A stretch of 60,418 nucleotides of DNA, the filler included, from Sluysia triapertura (lineage: Eukaryota): the NCBI GenBank assembly GCA_046118255.1. It is 5 parts of 5 records of this genome, joined end to end, with 100 filler letters (N's around TTAATTAATTAA, not from the genome) between each part and the next. Parts side by side here need not be neighbours in the genome. Positions count along the whole stretch, not along the records: positions 49,571 to 60,418 come from JBJNIA010192705.1; 4 more parts are not named here. One strand, 5' to 3'. The notes beneath the pieces are model-generated. The model made no database searches and was not told where the DNA came from. It worked only from the letters and a program-made list of their open reading frames with translations. Position 1 is the first letter of the stretch, and each line of letters begins with the position of its first letter. Made by a program: the position numbers and the translations under genes. Positions 49,721-60,418 of the stretch are shown piece after piece.

Positions 49721-52700
49721 TTACTCAACATGAATAAAGGATTGATTTCACCTATGCTGCGACCTGATAAATTAATAACTACATTAACGTCTTTTGGAAT
49801 ACCTTCATTTTCAATATGTTTCTGACACAATATAAATTTATTAAATTTCTTAGACTGATAAGTATCTCATTTTTATCTCAATAATAATAATAATGATAAT
49901 AATAATATAATAATAATAATGATAATGATAATAATAATATAATAATAATAATGATAATGATAATAATAATAGTCTATAAATTGTACTTATAAAGGATTAA
50001 GGATTGGTCATTAAAAGAGAAAAAATTATAGAGAAAAATTGAATCATTGGCCATAAAATTTTATTAGAGAAAATGAATCTTTGTTCTTTGTTTTCACTTA
50101 TTATTCCTTTTGATACTTGTATGTAATTTTCCACACGTATGCAAACATTTTCTTTTATGTATATATTCAAATAGGTATTTTATTTTTGGCAACAGTATAA
50201 TTTGCTAAAGAAATACGAATGTTATGAATTTTGTCTAAATAATCCTGCGACGCAATTCCAATTTGTATAAACGCATTGGTGCCTTAGGTGATGATCAGGC
50301 TCTTGATGTACCACGTAGATGTCAATTTAAATATGAACATAAAAGTGAAAGCTCAAAACATTGTAATGTTCTCATTTTTTTAAATTAATTTGTTTTTGTG
50401 CATGTTTTATGTGACTATAATTCTCGTAGAATTATAAACAGTTGAAATGCAGATGAAATACACAACAAAACGATAATATGTACTAATATATAAAGAAATA
50501 TACGATAGAATGAAATCAAAATCATATAAATTATTACAAAACTGAATGTTTTCTGATGGAAATTGAACAATATTGGGATTAAATTTAAACAAATGGAAAT
50601 CATTATTATTGTCTTTAAAACGTCAACAATGTTTATAACGAGAAATAAGTCACCTAAATAATCTACAACTCTTACAATAACTTGCAGATAATACACAACG
50701 CGTATTTTTTAATAAATAATCACTAAAGATCTTTTATTTCTAAAGTAATGTCATATTAAATGTTTAATGTATGCATTTTGGCTGACAAAATGGGGCTAAA
50801 AGTTTTTTTCTATTTCACATAAGTATAGATACTTTATAAATATTTTAATTCAAATGCAGGTAATACAATTAAGATAGATCTATTAATAGTTAATACTATT
50901 AAGATGTGTACTGTACAGCGTTTATTATTTGTATAAATAAACTTTAATGAACGGCAGTTCAACTATATTTTAGAAATATAAAATATCTATATATTTAATA
51001 TCCATCAAAACTAGTAAACTATAATCTATAATAGTTAGAATACATTGAAAGAATCAAAAAAAGATTTTTAAAAAATTAATAATAATATATTAGGTTACAA
51101 AAAGTGGATAATTTGAAATTTGAAAACTGGGAGATTATTTTTAAAGAAAATTTACGTTTAATGAAAGAAGACTCGACAAAACATTCTTCAAGAGACCAAA
51201 TCCTTACGATTGTTTACAAAACAATGATTACTTGATATCGTATTGAACAAAACAAAAAATTGTATATTTACTGTTTAAAATAAGATTGTTAATTACGAAA
51301 GAAGTGCACATCACCAGTGATTCATCAAGCGTTCGTGTTCATGATAATCCTAATGATCTAATCCGTTCATTAAGACTAGCTGAAAACGCGATCTGAGAAA
51401 GTCTCTACCTGATAAGACATATTTCTACTAACCTTTTATTGATGGAACGAAAGAAATTATTGTCAAGATTGAAGATGCAGAATTGTATGGCAGTGACACG
51501 AATTTTGGAACTAATGGCACACGAATTTATTTATGAATTTTTAAATGTAACTTCTACATTAGTTTTATTGAACAAGTTTTTGAATTCGTTGTTTTATAAT
51601 CGATTTTTGTTTTGTCATTATTCTGATTTACTTAAAATAACCTTAGAATTAAATTAAATGTCAAATTTTCCGCCTGGTCTTAAGCCGGCTTTGAATATAA
51701 ATCGCATTCATAATTTAATAATAAGAAAAATGTTTAAAGTGTTTACAATGTTTAAGCAAAAATTCAGGAGACTTAGGCACTAATAAGCCAATAATAAAAA
51801 ATTTCGATCATAGAATAACAATTAAAATAAAGTCACGTTATTCTTGTAAGTCCTCTATATTCTCCATACAATGTTTTCTTTGTAATTTTTCATCTTTAAT
51901 TACCAAGTAACGCACGTCACCAAATAGCATCACTATTTAAATAATTTATTAAGTTTTGGTAATACTATTAAAATAATTTCACTAATCAATTAGTATCACT
52001 ATTCCAATTAAAAAGTATATCATATACCCAACCAGATTCTATTTATAAAAAATCGGTAGCTTATCTTATTTTGTGAAATTAATCAAGTATTTAAAATTTT
52101 ATTTAACAAAATTATATACGAGAATAATACAGTCGCATCAATTCTTATGCTTGGTCCACAAAAAGCAAAAAGTGCGATTAAATGATTTTATTTTTGATGA
52201 AAATGTCAAATATCTGGAAAATTAATAAATTTTTAATTTTTTTATTTGTAAAACTGAAAAAACAAAATAGCATAACTATTTTCGGTAATACAATTCAAGT
52301 AGTATCACTAATACTATTACTAGCAATATCCGTTATGCTAACAATTAATTAAAATAAGTTCATAATTCAGTCAACTATAAATTAATATAAAGAGCTATCG
52401 ATAATAAGTAAACTGTTTTAATAAATGACAACTAAAACTTATTTGCTTATTATTTTATTTGATATTATTGCTTATTTTATCAATTAGATGTTGCGAGTGT
52501 ATTGTCAAATTTTATTTACTTTAATATCATCGACACTTGTGAGTTAAGGTTTATTTAACATTGTATATTTCTTTTGGTTGTCTAATAAAAGTATATTTAA
52601 AAAATAATTTGTTTTCTAACCCTGGTGGCAAATCACAAAATTTACAAAACCGAAAAAAAAGTTTCATTATAAATTATCTCAAGTGACAATACCAAAGAAT

Positions 52701-53146
52701 TAAGCAAAAAATAAAAACAGTGCAAATCGATGTACTCTTACTTCCATCGTAGCTATCACTTCAAAATTTGGTTTGACACTTTTATTAGTTTAGATTAAAA
52801 TCTAACTTAATATTCCAAAGTAGAACATAAATAACTTTATCCGAAATACTGACACAAATTTGAATTATGATGTATCAGATGACAACTTCAATATAAAGTA
52901 TAAAATTAAATGCACACCAATCGAAAAATAATATACGTTTCAAAATTCTCATCGTAAAATATTTATAATACAAATTAAATATACCCAAGAGATCATATTT
53001 TCATATTTTGGATATCTAGAAATCGCAATAACATCATGTCCTTTCCTTTTCAAATAATCGATTAAATGTCTTCCTACAAAACCGGTACCACCACCTTTTT
53101 AAGGAAAATAAAAATGTAATAATATTTCACCTATTAAAAACTTCAT
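49721..53146 (-). CDS. SDR39U1: Epimerase family protein SDR39U1, first three exons
   Basis: Exons 53146-53131, 53094-52985 and 49821-49721 splice to MKFLIGGGTGFVGRHLIDYLKRKGHDVIAISRYP..ISW-KHIENEGIPKDVNVVINLSGRSI (Rossmann GGTGFxG, H.V...SR, W, VVNLxG). Confidence 0.88.
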
Positions 53147-53436
53147 TACAGTATAATTTCTAATAAAAATTTAATTATAATATAAATATTAAATAAAAAA
53201 ATAAATACACAAGTGTTACTCATATATATAATTAATAACTTATTACTATAAATTATAATTATTATAAATTATAAATTATAAAAATTATATAAAATTACTA
53301 TATAAATAGAAAAATTAATATAAATACTCTCAATAATTAATATTTTAATGCGAAATATTAAAACAAATAATACAATTATAATAATATAATTATAATAATT
53401 ACTTTTATATAAAAAAGTAATAAAAAAAATAATAAT

Positions 53437-54302
53437 TCACAATATCCTTAATATTTATCATGAATTTTGAATATTTCAGTTTTGTGTTGTTTAATGATAT
53501 TAAAAACATAATGCAAAATAATTATATATTTGTTCAAATCAATGTGTTGGATTAGCTCACTGTGGAATAGAAATGAGTAAAGAAGATGCGCAATTGAAAG
53601 ATGCCAGAAAACGTGATACAAGATGATAGGCAAATCATTGTGATTGATGAAGATGAAGTTACTTAAAATCATTTTGTGTATAGAAAAATACCTTGGAATT
53701 ACAAATGCATTAAGATCCTTCAGGAAGCTTGGGATTGGTTCGGAAAACATTTTGAAGCGTTAACGTATCTTTGAACTTGTGAACCCTGAAACCATTTGAA
53801 ACTTCATAAACTTTTAAAGATCTTTAAAACCTTAAAGTAATCTTGTAAAGTGTTTGAAATATTTGAGAAGTAAAATTACTGATACTAATATTAGAAATAA
53901 ATTTGATTCCTTAATAATTAACATAAAGATTCGTGAAGGTGAAAACATTTAGAGCCTCTTGAATGTCATATAAAGTACCAAACAACTTTAAAAGTCTTAA
54001 TAAAACCTTTTAACATAAATAATACTAATAATGCTCAATATCTTTAATATTTATCATGAATTTTTGAACATTTCAGTTTTGTATTGTTTAATGATATTAA
54101 AAACAAAATGCAAAACAACTATATATTTTTTCAAATCAATGTTTTGTGATTACCACACTGTGGAATAAGGAATAAATAAGGAAGATGCGTAATTGAAAGG
54201 TGCAGGAAAACGTGATACAGAGTGATAGGCAAATCATAACCAAATATTGTGAAGTGAGAATGATGAAGACGAAGTTACTTATGATCATTTTGAGTATAGA
54301 AA
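53437..54302 (+). repeat. Direct duplication of ~250 bp (53437-53685 and 54035-54302)
   Basis: Clear colinear similarity with substitutions and one ~15-bp indel. Confidence 0.9.
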
Positions 54303-54857
54303 TGCTGCGGTTTATTCTAAAAACATACCTAACATAAATTTTACTTTAAAGCATAAAGACTTAAGAGACTTCCCTATATAATTTTGATTTCAAGGTCGTT
54401 TGATTAATTTTACAACTACTTAATCTATTTAACAACTACAATTGGTGATTCATTTATTAAATATTTTAAGTCCTTTTTTAAAATAAGTTTATAACAATAC
54501 ATTTTAAACGCTTGTTTAAAAACAAAATCTAGTATTGATTTTAATTAAATTACAGCTATATAATTTGTTGTGCCTTTTGTACTTTTTATTTTACAAATTA
54601 TTAATCAAAACTCAATAATTAAACAAATTCCGAATCTCCATATATTCTTTGAATCATCACAAAATTACACTTAAAAGACAAATTATTTTTTATAACAACG
54701 TTAATACAAAGTACTTTTTACAACAAAATACAAATGATTCTTTATAACAATATTACAAACTACTTTCTACAACAACGCAAATTACTTTAAAAAAATCACT
54801 TAAATCTTAAATCTTAAAAACTTAATTCTTTGCACCTGTATTAATTCAAAATATACT

Positions 54858-55843
54858 TGTGGTGGTCCAGCTCGCACCTACACACCAACCAAATATACAA
54901 GTTTTGTCCATATCATTCACAACATTACATCACTCATCCTTACCAAATTACACATGCCTAATAAAATTTATTTTATTAAACACAACGCTCGTTGTCATCT
55001 CGTTTATCATTATGACGCAACATCCTCTAGCTTGTATTTCATAATTTTTATTTTTTATTCTACAGTTTTATTTTTTCTCTGCAGTTTTATAATTGTATAA
55101 TTCTATAATGTTACATTTTTACAAATTTTATTATTGCATTCCTACTAACGCAGATGTCATAAAACACCCTTTGTAGTCCATGGTTTACGCATTATATTGA
55201 TAGTGTGGCAACGGAATTATATCGAGAAAAAATGTCATCCTCTGTTACATCTTCCGAAAAAGATAATTGTATACGAACTGCAACAAATAATCATTTTCAA
55301 CATAATCAGTACTGTAAAATTCAACCAAGATTACAATTAAAAATGGGCTGTTCATTAGTAGAAACTAAACCAAATGTTATTAGTAACAATAAAATATCAA
55401 TATTAAAGAAATACCAATTACTATTTTAGTATTTCCAAATGGAACCTGATGAATTTATAAGCTTTTTAAACAGGCTTATACATTTGTATTAATTGTGCCT
55501 ACTTTGTTATTTTTAATGGAATAATATTGTTTCTTATATACAATTTATTTGCTTAAATGAATATTCTTATGATTGAATAAAAATAAGCGAAATTAGCTTA
55601 TATTTCAAGAATTACTAAATATTAATTCTTGCAAATACATTCTATCTGATAAAATAATTTTAAAAGATTGTAACTGTTTTTAAATTAGGTAATATTTCAA
55701 CATGCTAACAAAAGTATACTTAACCAATTGTTTAAAAATAGATAATTTTTACTTTAGGTAGTTTAGATTTAATACATTTGTTCAACGACTGTGACCAGCT
55801 TACATTTTGACTGACAAACCGTAAGTCGAATGTTGGTAACAGT
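54858..55843 (+). promoter_or_regulatory. Diverged family D-like module on the plus strand
   Basis: Starts TGTGGTGGTCCAGC. Inverted repeat actgtgaccagc (55788-55799) / gttggtaacagt (55832-55843) lies ~220 bp before the Caprin fragment. No (TAT)n run or CCAAT pair seen. Confidence 0.4.
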
Positions 55844-56064
55844 ATCTTTTTTAATATTATCATAAATTATTTTATATTTTATTTTCCATTTAAAAAGTAT
55901 TAAAATTATATTTCTTTTAAACTTTTAAAATAATTAGAAATATTTTTTCTTGGAAACTACATATTTTTTTGTCCAACATGGCTATAGAATACCATATTTT
56001 TCATTGAATTGTTTGCCTGAATTAATTTAATGCTTAACTTTTTATTATTTTAAATAGCTGCCTT

Positions 56065-56400
56065 ATGACTAATAGATCGGAAATTACCGATGTATCTTTG
56101 GAAAAAATTAAGTATATCTCAATCATGTTTGGGAAGAAAAGAAGAAAAAAAGAAAGACAAAATTATAAGCGTAAGAGTGATATTAACGAAGATCAGCAAG
56201 CTGCAGTGGTGAAATATGCAGAAGCAAACGTCCAATATAAAGATGCAAAAAATCTATAAGAAGATTAAAGAAGCAAGAGAAACTAGAAAATAAGAAGCAA
56301 GAAGTTGATATGATCGAGTGAAATTTCAAATTTTTCAATTTATCGGAAATGGAAAAGAACAGCAAAAATTAAAAACAGAAAAATTAACAATAACGTAGCC
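56065..56400 (+). pseudogene. Degenerate intronless Caprin-like (HR1) fragment
   Basis: INEDQQAAVVKYAEANVQYKDAKNL matches Caprin-1 LNQDQLDAVSKYQEVTNNLEFAKEL and is preceded by a basic KK-rich helix. Frameshift and stops follow. Confidence 0.65.
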
Positions 56401-57329
56401 GAACTACTTCATTCTTTATTAGAGGTGGAAATAATGTAAATAACAATTGACAGTACATACAAACATAATTATTATCATTGATGTTATTATTATTGATTTG
56501 TGTTGTGTATATCGATTTTTATTATTTGAATTATTATTAATTTTGGAATTATTACAATTATTATTATTGATTATTATTCAATTCTGGAAATAATACAAAT
56601 CTTAAATATAGGTAATATATAATTTAATATCAGTTTTTGTAAATATTATATTTAAATTTGATTTAATATTTGTTTGAATTTAATATTTAAATTTAAAAAA
56701 GCCAAGGTCGATCTGAAACAAATATAAATAGTCAATCATTTTCACATTTGTACAGATCTTAATACAGATCGACTCTAACCGATCTTCATATTCAAATAAT
56801 TTAATTTATTCTGTAACGTTAGTTTATTTTAAGGATCGATACTAACACAGTATCTATGTAAAATCCACTAAAAATCATTTGTGTAAATTATTTCTAAAAA
56901 GATCTTATAATAGATCTTACGTAAAATCATTAATCAAATTTCATTAGTTTAGGAATTAAAACTAATTCCTTGCAATGTATTTATTTTTTCTTTTTATATA
57001 ACAGTGTATAAACTAGTAATTGTATAATTAAATCTTCAAGAATTAATTCCTTTATTATTGAATAGTTTCAACTATAACATCTTTAGCAGAGTAACGATTT
57101 CAACGATTAGAATTTAAATCTAATCACGTAAAATCATTTTTATAAATTTTTTTCATAGGATCTTCGTAAAATACTCTGTAAATTTTTCAGTTAACATATT
57201 TATAAATTTAATATCGTTAATAGGTTTTACATTAATTTTTATTAAAATACCTCCAGATCTAGATTACATTGTTCTTAATTTGAAAGACTAACTAGAAATA
57301 CACAGACTTTGACTTTATAGCGTTCGCAG

Positions 57330-57451
57330 AAAATTAAGATATTTTCTTAGTGAAGATCCTTTCCATTATAGAAAAAACCCAACGGCCAGCACTAACTGGT
57401 AAGCCTAGGACTCACGTTAAATCCTACTTTATTCTACTTTATATATCTCAC
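57330..57451 (-). repeat. Family C terminal segment
   Basis: Reverse complement tgtgaga..cgtgagt..cttaccag..gccgttgg matches 11201-11320. Confidence 0.75.
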
Positions 57452-59849
57452 ACTACCGTTAAAATCGGTTTCTATTTTATTTTGATTTTGGAGATTTTAA
57501 GTCATTAGGCTACAACCGAATATAAAATCGGCACCTTACAATTCAATATCAATAAGAAAATAAAATCCTAAAGTTTATTATAAATACGATATAAAATTTT
57601 ATACTGTACAAATAAATAAATAAAAAATTTATCAATTATAATATCATTGTTCTTTGTTAAGGATTTTGTAAGGATTTTGAAAAATATCTTTAAAAATTAA
57701 TTAGGAATATTAAGTGGATTTTATAACTCTCATTAAAACGAAATTGAAACCTATTTAAAATTAACTAACGAATTTTGGAATAATAATATATTGGCATGAA
57801 TGATTTCCAATGTAAATTAAGAACTTTTCGGTAATATTTTTGAATATTCCAAATATCAATAATGTTTTGTTTCCGATAAGCTTCTCTTCAGTGTTTCTTT
57901 GGATAAACAAATGTTTCACAGTTTTATTTTGTGATTGATGTACTATATATACTCTTTCCTGACCTTGACTTTAGCGTAGTTTAACAAAATAATGTAACAA
58001 TTTATTATTTTATTTTAAAATTCATTTTTATTTATTTTATTCTTTTAAATTTTGTGTTATTAATAATAACAAATAATAATAATGATAATAACAATACACA
58101 AAATCATGCCTTGTTTCTAAATATTGATTTTTTCTAATTATAATCTAATTATAATTCTTAATATTGAAATTACAGGTAACTAAATTATTTTTTTTATATT
58201 TAGTAATTACTCATTTTAATATTTTAGTTTAGCTTTGTTGTAAAGATTTGCAAAGTTCAAATAATTATAATTTATTTTTATTGGTCATTATAACTTCATA
58301 TAAATATTACAAAAATATCTTCATTGTTTAGATAAACTCATTAATTTTAATTATATCATTGTTTTGTTTGTTTAAAATATTCTAATGGACTTCCTCTCAG
58401 TAATTAAAAATTAAGAACTTTTAATTATATTTGAAAAAGGAATAATATAAAACTTTATGGAAAAATTTGGGAAGTGAAACAAAATATGAAATATCAAAAA
58501 TATTTAAATATATTTATTAATTTAATATTAATAAGTTTTAATATTAAAACGTCAATACGGTAATTTAATGTTATTTATTTAGTAATTCTGAAATTGAGAC
58601 AAATTCATATTAAGGCAAGCAAAAGCGTTTCAGAAATTGTGGAGTATTTCAATTTTTCTGTAAATAAAAGTAAGAGTAAATCTAGTTACGTCGAAAACAG
58701 GAAGAAATGCCGCTACCAAAGTTTCTATTGCAAGATTAAGAATGTAAAGTGTGTACTAAAATGAGGAAAGAATTAAAACTTATTTAAGAAAAGATTTTGA
58801 AACAATCTAAAATTTGGATGTGTGTTAGTGTCTTATTTGATCACTGAAGCAAAATGAATCAATCAATAGTTTTGGCAACTAACCACGAATTAAAACGTTT
58901 AGAAGGCAGTAATAATTTATCAATTTGAACAAAACTATTTATATAAGGGTTATTTGATCCTTTATAATCGAAACTTAGTGTGACTTAACCCATGTAGTAC
59001 AAATAAATTTAAATAAAAATTACAACATAATTCTTATTATTCCTTGCATTGGAATCTTACAAAATATACACAAAAATTAAAAAATAGGTTATTAATGGGT
59101 TGATAGATTTAAGTACTTTTGTACTTTTTATTGCAAAATTTGAAAAACAATTTGAAAATAATAATCAAACAAAACAACACAAATAATTTACATAAGGTAA
59201 TGTTTTTATCGTAAAATACAATGATTAAATATTACAGTAACAAGAAAAATAATTGATTTCAATCTAAGTAATAATAAAAGGATATTTATAAAAATTAAAA
59301 TCTTAGGATTTTAATTTATATCAAGTTACTTTTTATTTACAAAAGTTAGCCCTCATTTACCGATATTTTAAATACTGATTTTATAGTTCATATTATGAAG
59401 GCTTAAACCTAATTAAATAAACGTACTAATTAATAATTAGAATACAATAAATTTTAAATCTCAATCTCAGAATAAAATAATTTAAAATTACACTTTTGTA
59501 TTTAATGAATACCTCTGTCTTATTTTGATTTGGCTTTTCATTTCATTTTTTAATTATTATTATCACTATTATTATGGTTATTGGTATTTTTCTTTTTAAT
59601 TATTACTATTATCATAAATGATTATTATTTTGTCAAAAATTATAAAAATTTTAATTTTTTGCAAATGGTTGTAATTTTTGTCGACGAACGGAATCAAAAT
59701 TGAGAATCTTATGCATATAAATGACAGTTGCATATTCAAAGATTTACGGACCTTATTTTTCAGCAAAATGCTTGTAAAATGTCGATGGAAATTCGTAAAT
59801 ATTTGAATGTAAATCTACCACATTCACTAAATCACAGTTCTTTTATTAA

Positions 59850-60000
59850 TGTTGGGGTAAAAGCTTAAAGTGTCATGTATAAATATTGACTATAAAATAA
59901 AATTGTTAGACGGGGCTGATACTAAGTGGTAAAGCATCGAACGACGCAGCGAGTGGTCCCGGGTTCGATCCCTTGTCAGTCCATTTTATGAAGTCTAACA
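59850..60000 (+). mobile_element. tRNA-containing solo LTR (copy 3) with 4-bp TTAA target-site duplication
   Basis: ttaa|TGTTGGGG...tRNA-like cassette...GTCTAACA|ttaa. Confidence 0.88.
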
Positions 60001-60418
60001 TTAATATTTAAAAACTTCTGATTTTAGATGTAATATATTTCAGGTGTTCTAGAACAAAGAAAGGATGTAATTAAAGATTTATAATGCATATGTGGATCGA
60101 TTAATATATGTGCTTAAAGTAAATGGCAATAATGATTAATGATATTTGGTTTTCATAATTTTAGATTAATTTATATTTGAGAAAATATGTATTCATGTTT
60201 TAGTAGACATTATTTAAAATATTATTTTATTATGGCTGATTTTATGATGCTATAGCCGCCAATGTTTGTTTTTTATGAATGATGGGGAAAAGTGTGCGTC
60301 GAAGCATTAAAAAGTAACGAATATTGGATACAAATTGGATATAAATTTCACTAAAACATAATTTCTAAAGCAATCACACTTCATACTATCGAACTACACC
60401 AACTCAATCATCATAAAC

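Noticed and set aside
51130-51520. Possible hAT/TTF zinc-finger transposase remnant
   Set aside because: Too degraded to assign.
54440-54452. PBS-like CA-AT-TGGTGATTC (similar at ~4222)
   Set aside because: Only 6 nt match the Trp PBS and no LTR could be delimited upstream.
1-60418. CRISPR array or prokaryotic operon/defence system
   Set aside because: No regularly spaced direct repeats with unique spacers; the DNA is eukaryotic with spliceosomal introns.

Overview
Very AT-rich eukaryotic, almost certainly animal, genomic DNA. It consists of five unlinked contigs joined by 100-bp N linkers that contain TTAATTAATTAA. Genuine spliced genes, all on the minus strand and all cut by contig ends, are a Vav-family RhoGEF (CH, acidic and DH regions), the 3' half of ARMC4/ODAD2, the 5' part of SDR39U1, and the first exon of a possible divergent paired-domain gene. 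Several introns are only 36-44 nt. The rest is dense in non-autonomous mobile DNA: a piggyBac-type MITE, hAT-like MITEs, a Ty3/gypsy RT remnant, a TG..CA insertion with a 4-bp TSD, and three ~150-bp LTR-like repeats that carry a tRNA-derived Pol III cassette (one with a TTAA TSD, one followed by a tRNA-Trp-like PBS). The most unusual signal is two recurring cargo-carrier architectures loaded with intronless, decaying host-gene fragments. (i) Repeat B, then a variable cargo train (GPCR; EF-hand plus G6PC; membrane ORF), then repeat A, seen three times. (ii) A TG-initiated leader, (TAT)n, a hairpin whose arms differ between copies but stay complementary, paired CCAAT boxes, then cargo (DDX56-like helicase, an unknown ORF family, Caprin). 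Four CCCH fingers with the unusual C-x9-C-x6-C-x3-H spacing follow different upstream sequences in contig 3. All homology calls come from manual translation and motif recognition; no database search was run.
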